A stretch of DNA of 64,000 bases from contig JAZNMZ010000009.1 of assembly GCA_045580005.1 (NCBI GenBank), positions 21,154-85,153 of the forward strand, in the 5' to 3' direction. Source of the DNA: Eubacteriales bacterium (lineage in GTDB: Bacteria; Bacillota; Clostridia; Oscillospirales; CAG-382). The notes beneath the pieces are model-generated. The model saw nothing but the letters and a program-made list of their open reading frames with translations. It searched no databases and was not told the origin of the DNA. The position numbers and the translations under genes were made by a program. This document shows, piece by piece, positions 9,098 through 17,657 of the stretch (within the stretch, counting starts at the first letter, position 1; every line of letters starts with the position of its first letter).

Positions 9098-10660
9098 TCA
9101 GTGAAGCAAAATAAACCTTTTTCCATCAAAAGTTTCGCCGGTTACATTGTTGTCACTCTTAAGACGCGAGCAAGAAACATGGTGAGCTTTTGCAACATTC
9201 CAAACACTCTCACCTGCTACAGGATAATATATTGTAAAGCCTTTTGTGCGTACACTATCGTTTTGCGTGCTGAGCCTTTCGTAACCCGTCACAACCTCAT
9301 GCGTTTCCTCAGATATTACAGCACATCGCTCATGTATATTTATCTTAAGCACAAGCTCGCCACCATACAGCTCGCATTCGTAAGAATCAACAAACGACGC
9401 GTTTATAAATCTGTATTTCTGGGGGTCCCCTGTGATTAGATTTGAAAGATTCGAAGTCGGAATATGTATATTGATAGGTATCTGAACAGCCTCTATCTCG
9501 CCGTTTTCTTTTACCCCTATCACGCAAAGAGTTCCGCGCGCGCCAAACGACAGCCTGTCATCGTAGTTCTCGGGATTGGATAGCGAAAGTCTCAGATTTG
9601 ACAAAACAACAGAAGTTATACCTTTCAGGTCTGTTCTCAGATGTTCTTCAGCGTTAATATTTTCTTCATATATATTTACAAAAGTGCTGACACGGATTTT
9701 TTTCTTTTCTATCTTCATATGGCAGTTTGTAGAATAAGCGTCAACATTAAGCAGTTTTTCGCAGTTTTTTAAGCCGTATATAACGAAATTTATGCCTGCA
9801 TTTAGCGAAATGAGTCTATTTTCACCATAATTGTCCGACATAACCTCGGTGCCTACTCCTGTTATATCTGCACAGGCTACTGCTTGCCATTCCGGGTCAA
9901 TTTCAAAAATATCGTACTCAGACTTGAAAGGTACTGACTTTTTAAATGAGACATATTCCTCATTGTCATCGGAGACTGCTCTGTACAAACACGAAAAATC
10001 AACATTTGCTGCCACAGTCACACAGCCGTCGTTTACCGATACCTCGCCGACAGAAACACCGATGTCTGCATTGATAATTTCATCAATCTCAGGCATTCCG
10101 TCATCGAGTCTGATTTCCTCAGAAAGACTTTTTTGATTGTCTTCCGAAAGAATCATATGAGTAGCCAACACACTCTTTTCAAGGTATTCCACATCACAAT
10201 CTTCGTTTTGCGTACACTGATCCTCGCCGCTGCTTTCTACAGATAGTTTTATCACATCGCAGCATACAGATATCTTTGACTTTGCTGTCACTCTCCGTTG
10301 GTTATGCATCCTCGATGAAGAGTGTCCCACAAACACATTTACAACAGGGCGCAGGTCCTGTTCATCAACCGACTCTCCGGACGATATATTGAAGCTCTGG
10401 TTGAATTCGCCTGAAAATACTGCGCTTTTGAGTTTATTTTTAAAGTCTGAAACATACAAAACACTGTATACAACCTCGCCGTCAACATATACTGTGCCGT
10501 TTTCTATTGATTTGCTTTTAATTTTTGCTTTTGCGTCAGTCTTTACTATTCTTGATATGTTTGGCAGATATTCCGGAAGAGTGTAATCTGTTTCATTTTC
10601 TTTTTCTGTCTTTTCAAAGAACACTCTTTCATACGCCGGAGACATACAGTAATTTTCCAT
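9098..10660 (-). CDS. DUF3794-like protein with C-terminal LysM-like domain (SipL/SpoVID-like spore morphogenesis candidate)
   Basis: C-terminus TIYYPVAGESVWNVAKAHHVSCSRLKSDNNV fits the LysM pattern. The long repeat-like body is typical of DUF3794. Start set at MENYCMS (10660), with AAGGAG 9 nt upstream. Confidence 0.55.
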   Translation of the reverse strand: MENYCMSPAYERVFFEKTEKENETDYTLPEYLPNISRIVKTDAKAKIKSKSIENGTVYVDGEVVYSVLYVSDFKNKLKSAVFSGEFNQSFNISSGESVDEQDLRPVVNVFVGHSSSRMHNQRRVTAKSKISVCCDVIKLSVESSGEDQCTQNEDCDVEYLEKSVLATHMILSEDNQKSLSEEIRLDDGMPEIDEIINADIGVSVGEVSVNDGCVTVAANVDFSCLYRAVSDDNEEYVSFKKSVPFKSEYDIFEIDPEWQAVACADITGVGTEVMSDNYGENRLISLNAGINFVIYGLKNCEKLLNVDAYSTNCHMKIEKKKIRVSTFVNIYEENINAEEHLRTDLKGITSVVLSNLRLSLSNPENYDDRLSFGARGTLCVIGVKENGEIEAVQIPINIHIPTSNLSNLITGDPQKYRFINASFVDSYECELYGGELVLKINIHERCAVISEETHEVVTGYERLSTQNDSVRTKGFTIYYPVAGESVWNVAKAHHVSCSRLKSDNNVTGETFDGKRFILLH

Positions 10661-10732
10661 TTTGATTTTCTCCTTTTCGATCATGTTTTCTGCTACAAGT
10701 ATATTTTGATAAAAGGAGAAATATTACAAAGA

Positions 10733-10813
10733 TTACTTACCTCTTTTTTCTTTAACAAACAGTGATAAAATTTTTCTGAGTATTCCTCCCGGTTTAAGTA
10801 CAACTATTTTCAT
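10733..10813 (-). CDS. spoVM: SpoVM-like 26-aa amphipathic peptide (absent from the ORF track, which lists nothing shorter than 60 aa)
   Basis: Hand translation gives MKIVVLKPGGILRKILSLFVKEKRGK*. AGGGG RBS upstream. Same length and MK..(I/L)K.P..GGI.R pattern as B. subtilis SpoVM, recalled from memory. Confidence 0.5.
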   Translation of the reverse strand: MKIVVLKPGGILRKILSLFVKEKRGK

Positions 10814-10837
10814 AAGTATACCCCTTTCAAAGTACTG

Positions 10838-11032
10838 TCATTTTGAAAAATACAAAAAACCTGCAAATATTAAAAGCAAAGCCTCAATACATACCAAAGC
10901 TACCGAGGGTAAGAAGCAGGAAACAAGAATTGTTACTCCCATTGCCATAATACAGATTCCTATCAGTTTAGAATTTTTTCTCATAATATCCCTCATTTGC
11001 TTTATATTTATATTTCCATTATATGACATCAA
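10838..11032 (-). CDS. small membrane protein, hypothetical
   Basis: 64-aa ORF with two hydrophobic segments. No recognisable family. Confidence 0.35.
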   Translation of the reverse strand: MMSYNGNINIKQMRDIMRKNSKLIGICIMAMGVTILVSCFLPSVALVCIEALLLIFAGFLYFSK

Positions 11033-11139
11033 CTAGTTTGTGACACTGATTTTATAAAAATATCGTTGGCATCAAAAAACTAACAAAAAATCGTTTTTTT
11101 ACATATTTATATGTTAAATAATAAAACGGAGCTGATATA

Positions 11140-12123
11140 ATGCACTTAACAAAAATCCTGCTGATTGCTGCTACTGTGAATATTCTGGTACTACTTCTCG
11201 GTTCGGAGTATTTTATCAGAATCGGATTTGACAGACGCGCAAGTCGTAAGGCGATAACCGGCGCATCGGTAAACACTCTGCCAATGCTCAAAAATCCAAA
11301 CGGTTTTATCCCTCGTACTCGTGAGGAAAACAAAAAATGGGTAGACTCTGTTGAACACAAGGAAATATACCTTGTATCACACGATGGTATAATACTGCAC
11401 GGATACGAGTTTTTAAACAAAAGGAAATGCAGCAACTACTGTATTTGCTTACACGGCTATTCCGGATGTCCAGAGGACAATTCAGGCTTTGCAGAGGCTT
11501 TTTTGAGAATGGGTTTTAATGTAATTCTGCCAACAATGCGCGGTCACGGAAAAAGCGGCGGAAACTATATATGTATGGGCTATCCCGAAAGACTTGATAT
11601 AGCAGAGTTTACAGATTATATCATAAAAAAAGAAAAAGACGCTAAAATCGTCGTATATGGCATCTCGATGGGCGCAGCTGCCGCAATGATGTATGCAGGA
11701 GAAAAATTACCGGAAAATGTGAAATGCATTATAGAGGACTGCGGATACTGCTCTATCCACGACGAACTAAAATATGAACTTTCGTCAGTGTTTCATTTGC
11801 CGCCATATCCTCTTATTAGTATTGTTGACAAAAGAGCAAGGAAAAAGCTCGGCTTCTCGATAATCAAAGAAGGAAGCTGCATAGATGCTGTCAAAAGAAG
11901 CAAAACCCCTATTCTGTTCATTCACGGAGACAGCGACACTTTCGTCCCGACAAAAATGGTTTATAAAGTATATGGGGCTGCGAACTGTGATAAAGAGCTT
12001 CTAATCATCAAAGGTGCCGGGCACGCAATGTCTTCCTGTGAGGATCCAAAAAAATATTGGGCAACTGTTGAAAACTTTATAAGAAATCATATGGGTATAG
12101 ATGTAAGCCATGTGTTAGAATAA
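11140..12123 (+). CDS. alpha/beta hydrolase (membrane-anchored)
   Basis: N-terminal transmembrane segment, nucleophile elbow GISMGAA and a C-terminal HGDSDTFVP...GAGH acid/His region. Confidence 0.8.
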   Translation: MHLTKILLIAATVNILVLLLGSEYFIRIGFDRRASRKAITGASVNTLPMLKNPNGFIPRTREENKKWVDSVEHKEIYLVSHDGIILHGYEFLNKRKCSNYCICLHGYSGCPEDNSGFAEAFLRMGFNVILPTMRGHGKSGGNYICMGYPERLDIAEFTDYIIKKEKDAKIVVYGISMGAAAAMMYAGEKLPENVKCIIEDCGYCSIHDELKYELSSVFHLPPYPLISIVDKRARKKLGFSIIKEGSCIDAVKRSKTPILFIHGDSDTFVPTKMVYKVYGAANCDKELLIIKGAGHAMSSCEDPKKYWATVENFIRNHMGIDVSHVLE

Positions 12124-12153
12124 AAAAATCCGGAGTATCTCCGGATTTTTATT
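12124..12153 (+). terminator. intrinsic terminator after the hydrolase gene
   Basis: AAAAATCCGGAG-TAT-CTCCGGATTTTT: perfect stem plus T-run. Confidence 0.8.
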
Positions 12154-12250
12154 CTAATGAACGACAGTCCAAAAAGAATAATTTGAACAAGCTTTGTTTA
12201 TTCATACCAAATCAATATGAATTGATATCGCGCAAAAAAAATACTTTAAT

Positions 12251-12274
12251 TGACACATTGTTAAAATAGTGTCA
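12251..12274. promoter_or_regulatory. inverted repeat TGACAC-N12-GTGTCA in the BMC operon leader
   Basis: Perfect 6-bp arms read directly from the sequence. Function unknown. Confidence 0.25.
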
Positions 12275-12304
12275 TTACAAATATACATTTTTAAAGTGAA
12301 AAAA

Positions 12305-12332
12305 ACACTGTTTTATCCTATCAAAACAGTGT
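12305..12332. promoter_or_regulatory. inverted repeat ACACTGTTTT-N8-AAAACAGTGT (candidate operator)
   Basis: Perfect 10-bp arms about 100 bp upstream of the promoter candidate. No T-run follows, so it is unlikely to be a terminator. Confidence 0.3.
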
Positions 12333-12347
12333 GGTATTTAATAACTG

Positions 12348-12359
12348 TTTGTTAACAAA
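12348..12359. promoter_or_regulatory. perfect 12-bp palindrome TTTGTTAACAAA
   Basis: Read directly from the sequence. Shares the TGTT/AACA core with the neighbouring repeats. Confidence 0.25.
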
Positions 12360-12435
12360 TCAAAAAAAGTAGTGCTTTTTGACAAAAAAATGCACTTTTT
12401 TTCTTTCAACAGACAATTTTTGTGGAAAAGTGTTA

Positions 12436-12464
12436 TTGACAACGCAAAAATATTGTTGTATCAT
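12436..12464 (+). promoter_or_regulatory. sigma-A-type promoter candidate for the BMC operon
   Basis: TTGACA (12436-41), 17-nt spacer, TATCAT (12459-64). The first operon gene starts about 60 nt downstream. Confidence 0.45.
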
Positions 12465-12526
12465 TATATTAGTATATAATAACTAACTTGGATAATTGTC
12501 TAAAATTTTATACAAGGTGGATAGAT

Positions 12527-13306
12527 TTGAAGAAAGCGGTAATCAGTGATATAGACGGCTCTTTAATATACAGAGGTCATCATCTGAACAAGACAAGATT
12601 TCCTCTTATGCTCAAAAAGCTGAGCGACAAAGATATTGCTTTTTGTCTTGCAACCGGCAGAACATACGGCGATGTCGCGTGTCTTTTTGGAGATCTTCTT
12701 GACGGGGTACATATTTTATGCTGTGACGGTGCGCTTAGCATCACAGGACACAAGATTGTTCATTCCTTCCCTATCAGAAGCTATTTTCTTTCCTACTTTT
12801 TTGATTTTGCAAAAAACCAAACCGACACCTATGTAAATCTTCATAAATCCTTTGCGATTGAATTTCACGGATATACGCACTCATATATTTTCACTCACAG
12901 TGCTTGTCTTTATCATAAGGAAGCTGCAAAGCTGAAAAACCTCAAGAGGATTTCTGCTCTTGAAGAAATAAAAGAAGATATATTTAAAATCAGTCTGTTT
13001 AGCAACAGCTCGATTGGTACACCTGACGGATTGCGTATTTGCTACGATAAGGGCGGTATTACCGAGTATGTACCCAAAGCTGCCACAAAGCTCTCGGCAG
13101 CAAAAGACCTGTCGGATAGACTTGGCATCCCACTTAGCTGTTTCACAGCATTCGGCGACAGCGATAACGACGCTGAGTTGCTTTGCGCCTGCGGGTGTTC
13201 ATACTCCACTTACTGCGCGCAAAAAGAAGTATTTGAGCTGACAGACCACCATACAAGAGATGTGATCGGCACAGTGATAAGACTTGCCGATGAAAAAGTA
13301 TTATAA
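12527..13306 (+). CDS. Cof-type HAD-IIB phosphatase
   Basis: Motif I SDIDGSL, ATGR, and motif IV GDSDND. TTG start at 12527 preferred, with AAGGTGGA 5 nt upstream, giving the typical (M)KKAVISDIDG N-terminus. Confidence 0.8.
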   Translation: MKKAVISDIDGSLIYRGHHLNKTRFPLMLKKLSDKDIAFCLATGRTYGDVACLFGDLLDGVHILCCDGALSITGHKIVHSFPIRSYFLSYFFDFAKNQTDTYVNLHKSFAIEFHGYTHSYIFTHSACLYHKEAAKLKNLKRISALEEIKEDIFKISLFSNSSIGTPDGLRICYDKGGITEYVPKAATKLSAAKDLSDRLGIPLSCFTAFGDSDNDAELLCACGCSYSTYCAQKEVFELTDHHTRDVIGTVIRLADEKVL

Positions 13307-13331
13307 ACAACACCACAAAAGAGGTTGTAAA

Positions 13332-15860
13332 ATGGATAAGTACACAGTAAAAGACATTCCGAAAACCGAAAGAATCTCAAGGCTGATAGATGCGCTCTAC
13401 GACCATCTCCCCGAGATTGAGGCAGACCGCGCGGTTCTTCTTACAGAATCTTATAAGATGACAGAAAACGAGCCAATTATCACACGCAGAGCAAAGGCAT
13501 TTGCGCATATTTGCGAGAATATTCCTGTCACTATCCGCGACAACGAGCTTATTGTCGGAAGTGCAACAAAGGTGCCGAGAGGCTGTCAGGTGTTCCCTGA
13601 GTTTTCGTTTGAGTGGCTTGAGTCGGAGTTTGATACAATTGAACACCGCACTGCAGATCCTTTCCATATTTCCGAACAGACCAAAGAAACACTTCACGAA
13701 GTGTACAAGTACTGGAAGGGTAAAACAACAAGTGAGCTTGCAACAGCGTATATGTCTCCCGAAACTCTCAAGGCTATCGAGCACAATATATTCACTCCCG
13801 GTAACTACTTCTATAACGGCGTAGGTCATGTTACCGTCAACTACGGTAAAATTTTAGCAAACGGACTTGACGGTATAATTGAAGAGGCAAAAAGCGCTCT
13901 TTCCGACATTAAGTTTTCTGATAGTGATTATTCAAAAAAGACTCACTTTTTAAACGCAGTTATTGAAAGCTGCAAGGCGGCAGAAACTTATGCCGCAAGA
14001 TACGCAAAACTCGCTCTTGAGCTCGCAGAAAAAGAAAAAGACCCTAAGCGCAAGGCAGAACTAATAGTTATTGCTTCTAACTGCTCTAATGTCCCTAAGA
14101 AAGGTGCTGCAAACTTCTATGAAGCGTGTCAGTCTTTCTGGTTTATACAGATGCTTCTGCAGACAGAGTCAAGCGGACATTCTATCTCGCCCGGCAGATT
14201 TGATCAGTATATGTATCCTTATTATAAAAAGGATATTGATGCAGGCAAAATAACTATGGAAGCGGCACAGGAGCTTATGGACTGTATCTGGGTTAAGCTC
14301 AATGACCTCAACAAGGCAAGAGACGCGGCAAGTGCCGAGGGATTTGCAGGTTACAGCCTTTTCCAGAATCTTATCGCAGGCGGTCAGGACGAAAACGGAC
14401 TTGACGCAACGAACGACCTATCTTTTATGTGCATACAGGCAACAAAGCATGTACTTTTGCCTCAGCCGTCTTTCTCTGTTCGTGTCTGGAACGGCACACC
14501 GCATGAATTTCTTATAAAAGCCGCAGAGCTCACACGCACTGGCGTAGGTCTTCCTGCATATTACAACGACGAAGTAATTATCCCCTCTCTTCTCAACAGA
14601 GGTCTTACTATTGAGGACGCGAGAGACTACAATATAATCGGATGTGTAGAGCCTCAGAAATCAGGCAAAACAGAGGGCTGGCATGATGCAGCGTTCTACA
14701 ATATGTGTCGACCGCTTGAGCTTGTTTTTACAGACGGGTACGATAACGGCGAGTTTATCGGAGTACATACAGGCGATGTAACAAAGTTTAAGACATTCGA
14801 TGAGTTCTATGACGCATACAAGGCGCAGAACAACTATATGCTTGGCCTTCTTGTGAATGCAGACAACGCTATCGATGTTGCGCACAGCGAGAGATGTCCC
14901 CTGCCGTTCCTTTCAGGAATGATAGAGGACTGTATAGGCAAAGGTAAGAGTGTACAGGAGGGCGGCGCTGTATATAACTTCACCGGTCCTCAGGGTTTTG
15001 GTGTTGCAAATATGGCAGACTCGCTTTATGCTGTCAAGAAGCTTGTATTTGATGAGAAAAAGATTACAATGTCAGAACTCAAGGAAGCTCTCGAACACAA
15101 CTTTGGAGAGGATATTCCCGACAGCATTGCGCAAAAGAAAACTGTAGAAGCAATAAAGAAGCTTTCGGAATCCGGAAGAGCGGTTACAAAGCTTGTCATT
15201 GAAGATACATATAAAAAAGAAAAATCTCTCGGTATGCAACAGTTCCAGAGAACAAGGTACAGAAAGATACGCGAAATGATTGAAGCTGTACCAAAGTTCG
15301 GCAACGACATCCCCGAAGTGGATGCATTTGCAAGAGATGTGGCTTATACTTATACAAGACCTCTTGAAACTTTCAAAAACCCGAGAGGTGGTATGTATCA
15401 GGCAGGACTCTACCCTGTTTCCGCAAATGTTCCTCTTGGTGCTCAGACTGGAGCCACTCCTGACGGCAGGCTTGCTTACACTCCTGTTGCAGACGGTGTA
15501 TCTCCCTCTGCTGGAAAAGACCTCAAGGGCCCTACAGCAACAGCTAATTCTGTATCAAAGCTTGACCATGGTATCGCTTCAAACGGTACATTGTTTAATA
15601 TGAAGTTCCACCCATCGGCACTTGAGGGCAGAGCTGGCCTTGAGAGCTTTGTGGCGCTTATACGAGCATACTTTGATCAGAAAGGCAGCCATGTACAATT
15701 TAATGTTGTAAGCCGTGAAACGCTTAAGGATGCTCAGCTGCACCCTGAAAACTATAAATCGCTTGTTGTGCGAGTTGCCGGATACAGCGCGCTCTTTACC
15801 ACGCTTTCAAAGTCGCTGCAGGATGACATCATCAACCGTACAGAGCAGGGCGGCTTCTGA
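13332..15860 (+). CDS. glycyl radical enzyme, B12-independent 1,2-propanediol dehydratase type
   Basis: C-terminal glycyl radical motif VVRVAGYSALF. Thiyl loop IIGCVEPQ (Cys-x-Glu). NGVGH histidine. 842 aa from the ATG at 13332, with AGAGG upstream. Counted from that start, the residues are His166, Cys438, Glu440 and Gly817. Confidence 0.9.
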   Translation: MDKYTVKDIPKTERISRLIDALYDHLPEIEADRAVLLTESYKMTENEPIITRRAKAFAHICENIPVTIRDNELIVGSATKVPRGCQVFPEFSFEWLESEFDTIEHRTADPFHISEQTKETLHEVYKYWKGKTTSELATAYMSPETLKAIEHNIFTPGNYFYNGVGHVTVNYGKILANGLDGIIEEAKSALSDIKFSDSDYSKKTHFLNAVIESCKAAETYAARYAKLALELAEKEKDPKRKAELIVIASNCSNVPKKGAANFYEACQSFWFIQMLLQTESSGHSISPGRFDQYMYPYYKKDIDAGKITMEAAQELMDCIWVKLNDLNKARDAASAEGFAGYSLFQNLIAGGQDENGLDATNDLSFMCIQATKHVLLPQPSFSVRVWNGTPHEFLIKAAELTRTGVGLPAYYNDEVIIPSLLNRGLTIEDARDYNIIGCVEPQKSGKTEGWHDAAFYNMCRPLELVFTDGYDNGEFIGVHTGDVTKFKTFDEFYDAYKAQNNYMLGLLVNADNAIDVAHSERCPLPFLSGMIEDCIGKGKSVQEGGAVYNFTGPQGFGVANMADSLYAVKKLVFDEKKITMSELKEALEHNFGEDIPDSIAQKKTVEAIKKLSESGRAVTKLVIEDTYKKEKSLGMQQFQRTRYRKIREMIEAVPKFGNDIPEVDAFARDVAYTYTRPLETFKNPRGGMYQAGLYPVSANVPLGAQTGATPDGRLAYTPVADGVSPSAGKDLKGPTATANSVSKLDHGIASNGTLFNMKFHPSALEGRAGLESFVALIRAYFDQKGSHVQFNVVSRETLKDAQLHPENYKSLVVRVAGYSALFTTLSKSLQDDIINRTEQGGF

Positions 15861-15897
15861 TTAGTTTACTTTAATAAATCTCTTACGGAGAAAAACA

Positions 15898-16689
15898 ATG
15901 ATTGAGCAATACAAAGACATAAAAGGGAGAGTCTTTGATATTCAAAGATTCTCTGTCCACGACGGACCCGGAATACGGACGATAGTATTCCTCAAGGGAT
16001 GTCGTCTTCGCTGTCGCTGGTGCTGTAATCCTGAGTCTCAGGAGTATGAAATTCAAAAGATGCTCAAAGGCGGCAAACAAGAAACCGTTGGCTACGACAC
16101 AACTGTAGGACAGGTTATGGAAGATATTCTAAAGGACGCACCATACTACAGACGCTCAGGCGGAGGTGTTACACTCTCGGGTGGTGAAGCGCTGTGTCAG
16201 CCTGATTTTGCGGTGGCTCTTCTTTCTGCTTGCAAGGAATACGGTCTGTCGACCGCTATTGAAACAACAGGCTTTGCAGACTATTCTGTGATAGAAAGAT
16301 ACATACCTGTGTGCGATCATTTTCTTATGGACATCAAACACACAAACAGCGACAAGCACAAGGAGTTCACTACACAGCCAAACGAACTTATCCTCGAGAA
16401 TGCAAAGAAGATTGCAAAAAACGCCAAGCACCTTGTGATAAGAGTACCTACCATCCCCACATTCAACGACACTGTCGAAGAAATATCCGACATTGCAAAA
16501 TTTGCGTCATCTCTTGTCAGTGTCGATGAGCTTCATCTTCTGCCATACCACAAGCTCGGTTATGACAAGTATGTGGGGCTTGGCCGGCAGTATCTTATGG
16601 GAGATCTCCCCTCGCCGGGTGCAGACAAAATGCAAGAGCTGAAAAAAGCTGCTGAAAAATACATAAACAATGTAATAATCGGCGGATAA
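15898..16689 (+). CDS. glycyl-radical enzyme activating enzyme (radical SAM)
   Basis: [13 protein letters not shown]3CX2C (CRLRCRWC) followed by CNPES, and GGE motif SGGEAL. 263 aa. Confidence 0.9.
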   Translation: MIEQYKDIKGRVFDIQRFSVHDGPGIRTIVFLKGCRLRCRWCCNPESQEYEIQKMLKGGKQETVGYDTTVGQVMEDILKDAPYYRRSGGGVTLSGGEALCQPDFAVALLSACKEYGLSTAIETTGFADYSVIERYIPVCDHFLMDIKHTNSDKHKEFTTQPNELILENAKKIAKNAKHLVIRVPTIPTFNDTVEEISDIAKFASSLVSVDELHLLPYHKLGYDKYVGLGRQYLMGDLPSPGADKMQELKKAAEKYINNVIIGG

Positions 16690-16717
16690 GCATCAAAAAC
16701 ACAAAGGATTGATTACG

Positions 16718-17113
16718 ATGAACAATATAGACAAGATTCTATCGCAATACAGGGGTCCTGGTGAAGACAAGCTGAGAATAATACAGGAGCTTGTTCCGGG
16801 TAAGCAGATAACACTTGCTCATATCATTGCAAACCCCAATGAGATTCTGTACCGGAAGCTCGGTCTTGATCCGTCACTTGACTACTCTCACGCCGCAATC
16901 GGAGTTATAACTATGAGTCCTAGTGAAACGGCAATTATTGCAGCTGATATAAGTATGAAAGCGTCGGGCGTTGAGCTTGGTTTTGTTGACAGATTCAGCG
17001 GTACTCTTATCATCACTGGAAGTATCTCGGATGTAGAAGCAGCATTCCGTGCTGTTCTTGAATATGCGGTAGAAAAACTCGGTTTTTCTGTATGTGAGCT
17101 TACAAGAACATAA
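16718..17113 (+). CDS. BMC shell protein, circularly permuted PduU/EutS type
   Basis: [22 protein letters not shown]-terminal region and a permuted BMC fold signature. ATG at 16718 with AAGGA upstream. Confidence 0.8.
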   Translation: MNNIDKILSQYRGPGEDKLRIIQELVPGKQITLAHIIANPNEILYRKLGLDPSLDYSHAAIGVITMSPSETAIIAADISMKASGVELGFVDRFSGTLIITGSISDVEAAFRAVLEYAVEKLGFSVCELTRT

Positions 17114-17116
17114 TTT

Positions 17117-17578
17117 ATGAAAAAAATTATTCTTATAGGACGCAGCGAGAGCGGTAAGACAACATTGACTCAAGCGCTCAAGGGCGAGAAGATCACATAC
17201 AATAAAACACAGTATGTAAACCACTATGATGTAATTATCGACACCCCCGGCGAATACATACAGACAAAGACGCTCGGAGGCGCGTTGGCAGTATACTCGT
17301 ATGAGGCAGATGTTGTCGGACTTCTTGTGAGTGCAACTGAGCCATTTTCACTGTTCAGTCCGAATGTAGTCAGTATGGCGACCCGCGAGGTTATCGGCAT
17401 TGTCACAAAAATTAACGACAACGGCGCAAACATTGCTCTTGCTGACAGATGGCTTGAGCTGTCTGGATGCAAAACAATTTTCCATGTAGACTCAAAGACA
17501 GGTGAAGGAATAACTGACATTCTCTCGCACCTCAAAGAGTCGGACGACGAGCCTCTCCCCTGGGAAAGCAAGTCGTAA
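17117..17578 (+). CDS. EutP/PduV family microcompartment-associated GTPase
   Basis: P-loop GRSESGKTTL, DTPGE and a size of about 150 aa. Typical of PduV/EutP. Confidence 0.85.
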   Translation: MKKIILIGRSESGKTTLTQALKGEKITYNKTQYVNHYDVIIDTPGEYIQTKTLGGALAVYSYEADVVGLLVSATEPFSLFSPNVVSMATREVIGIVTKINDNGANIALADRWLELSGCKTIFHVDSKTGEGITDILSHLKESDDEPLPWESKS

Positions 17579-17657
17579 AACATTTTCGTAAGCAAGGCGA
17601 AAGCCTACTTAAATAAAGTTACCATTTTTACTAAAATAAAGAAAAGGAGAAGAAAAA

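Noticed and set aside
12438-12451. cre-like (CcpA) site TGACAACGCAAAAA overlapping the -35 box
   Set aside because: It has two mismatches to the TGWNANCGNTNWCA consensus at conserved positions. That is too weak to call without a scoring matrix.
13284-13331. 16-codon N-terminal extension of the GRE ORF (MPMKKYYKQHHKRGCK)
   Set aside because: It overlaps the end of the HAD gene and lacks an RBS. The ATG at 13332 has AGAGG upstream and gives the conserved GRE N-terminus. It should not be read as an encapsulation peptide.
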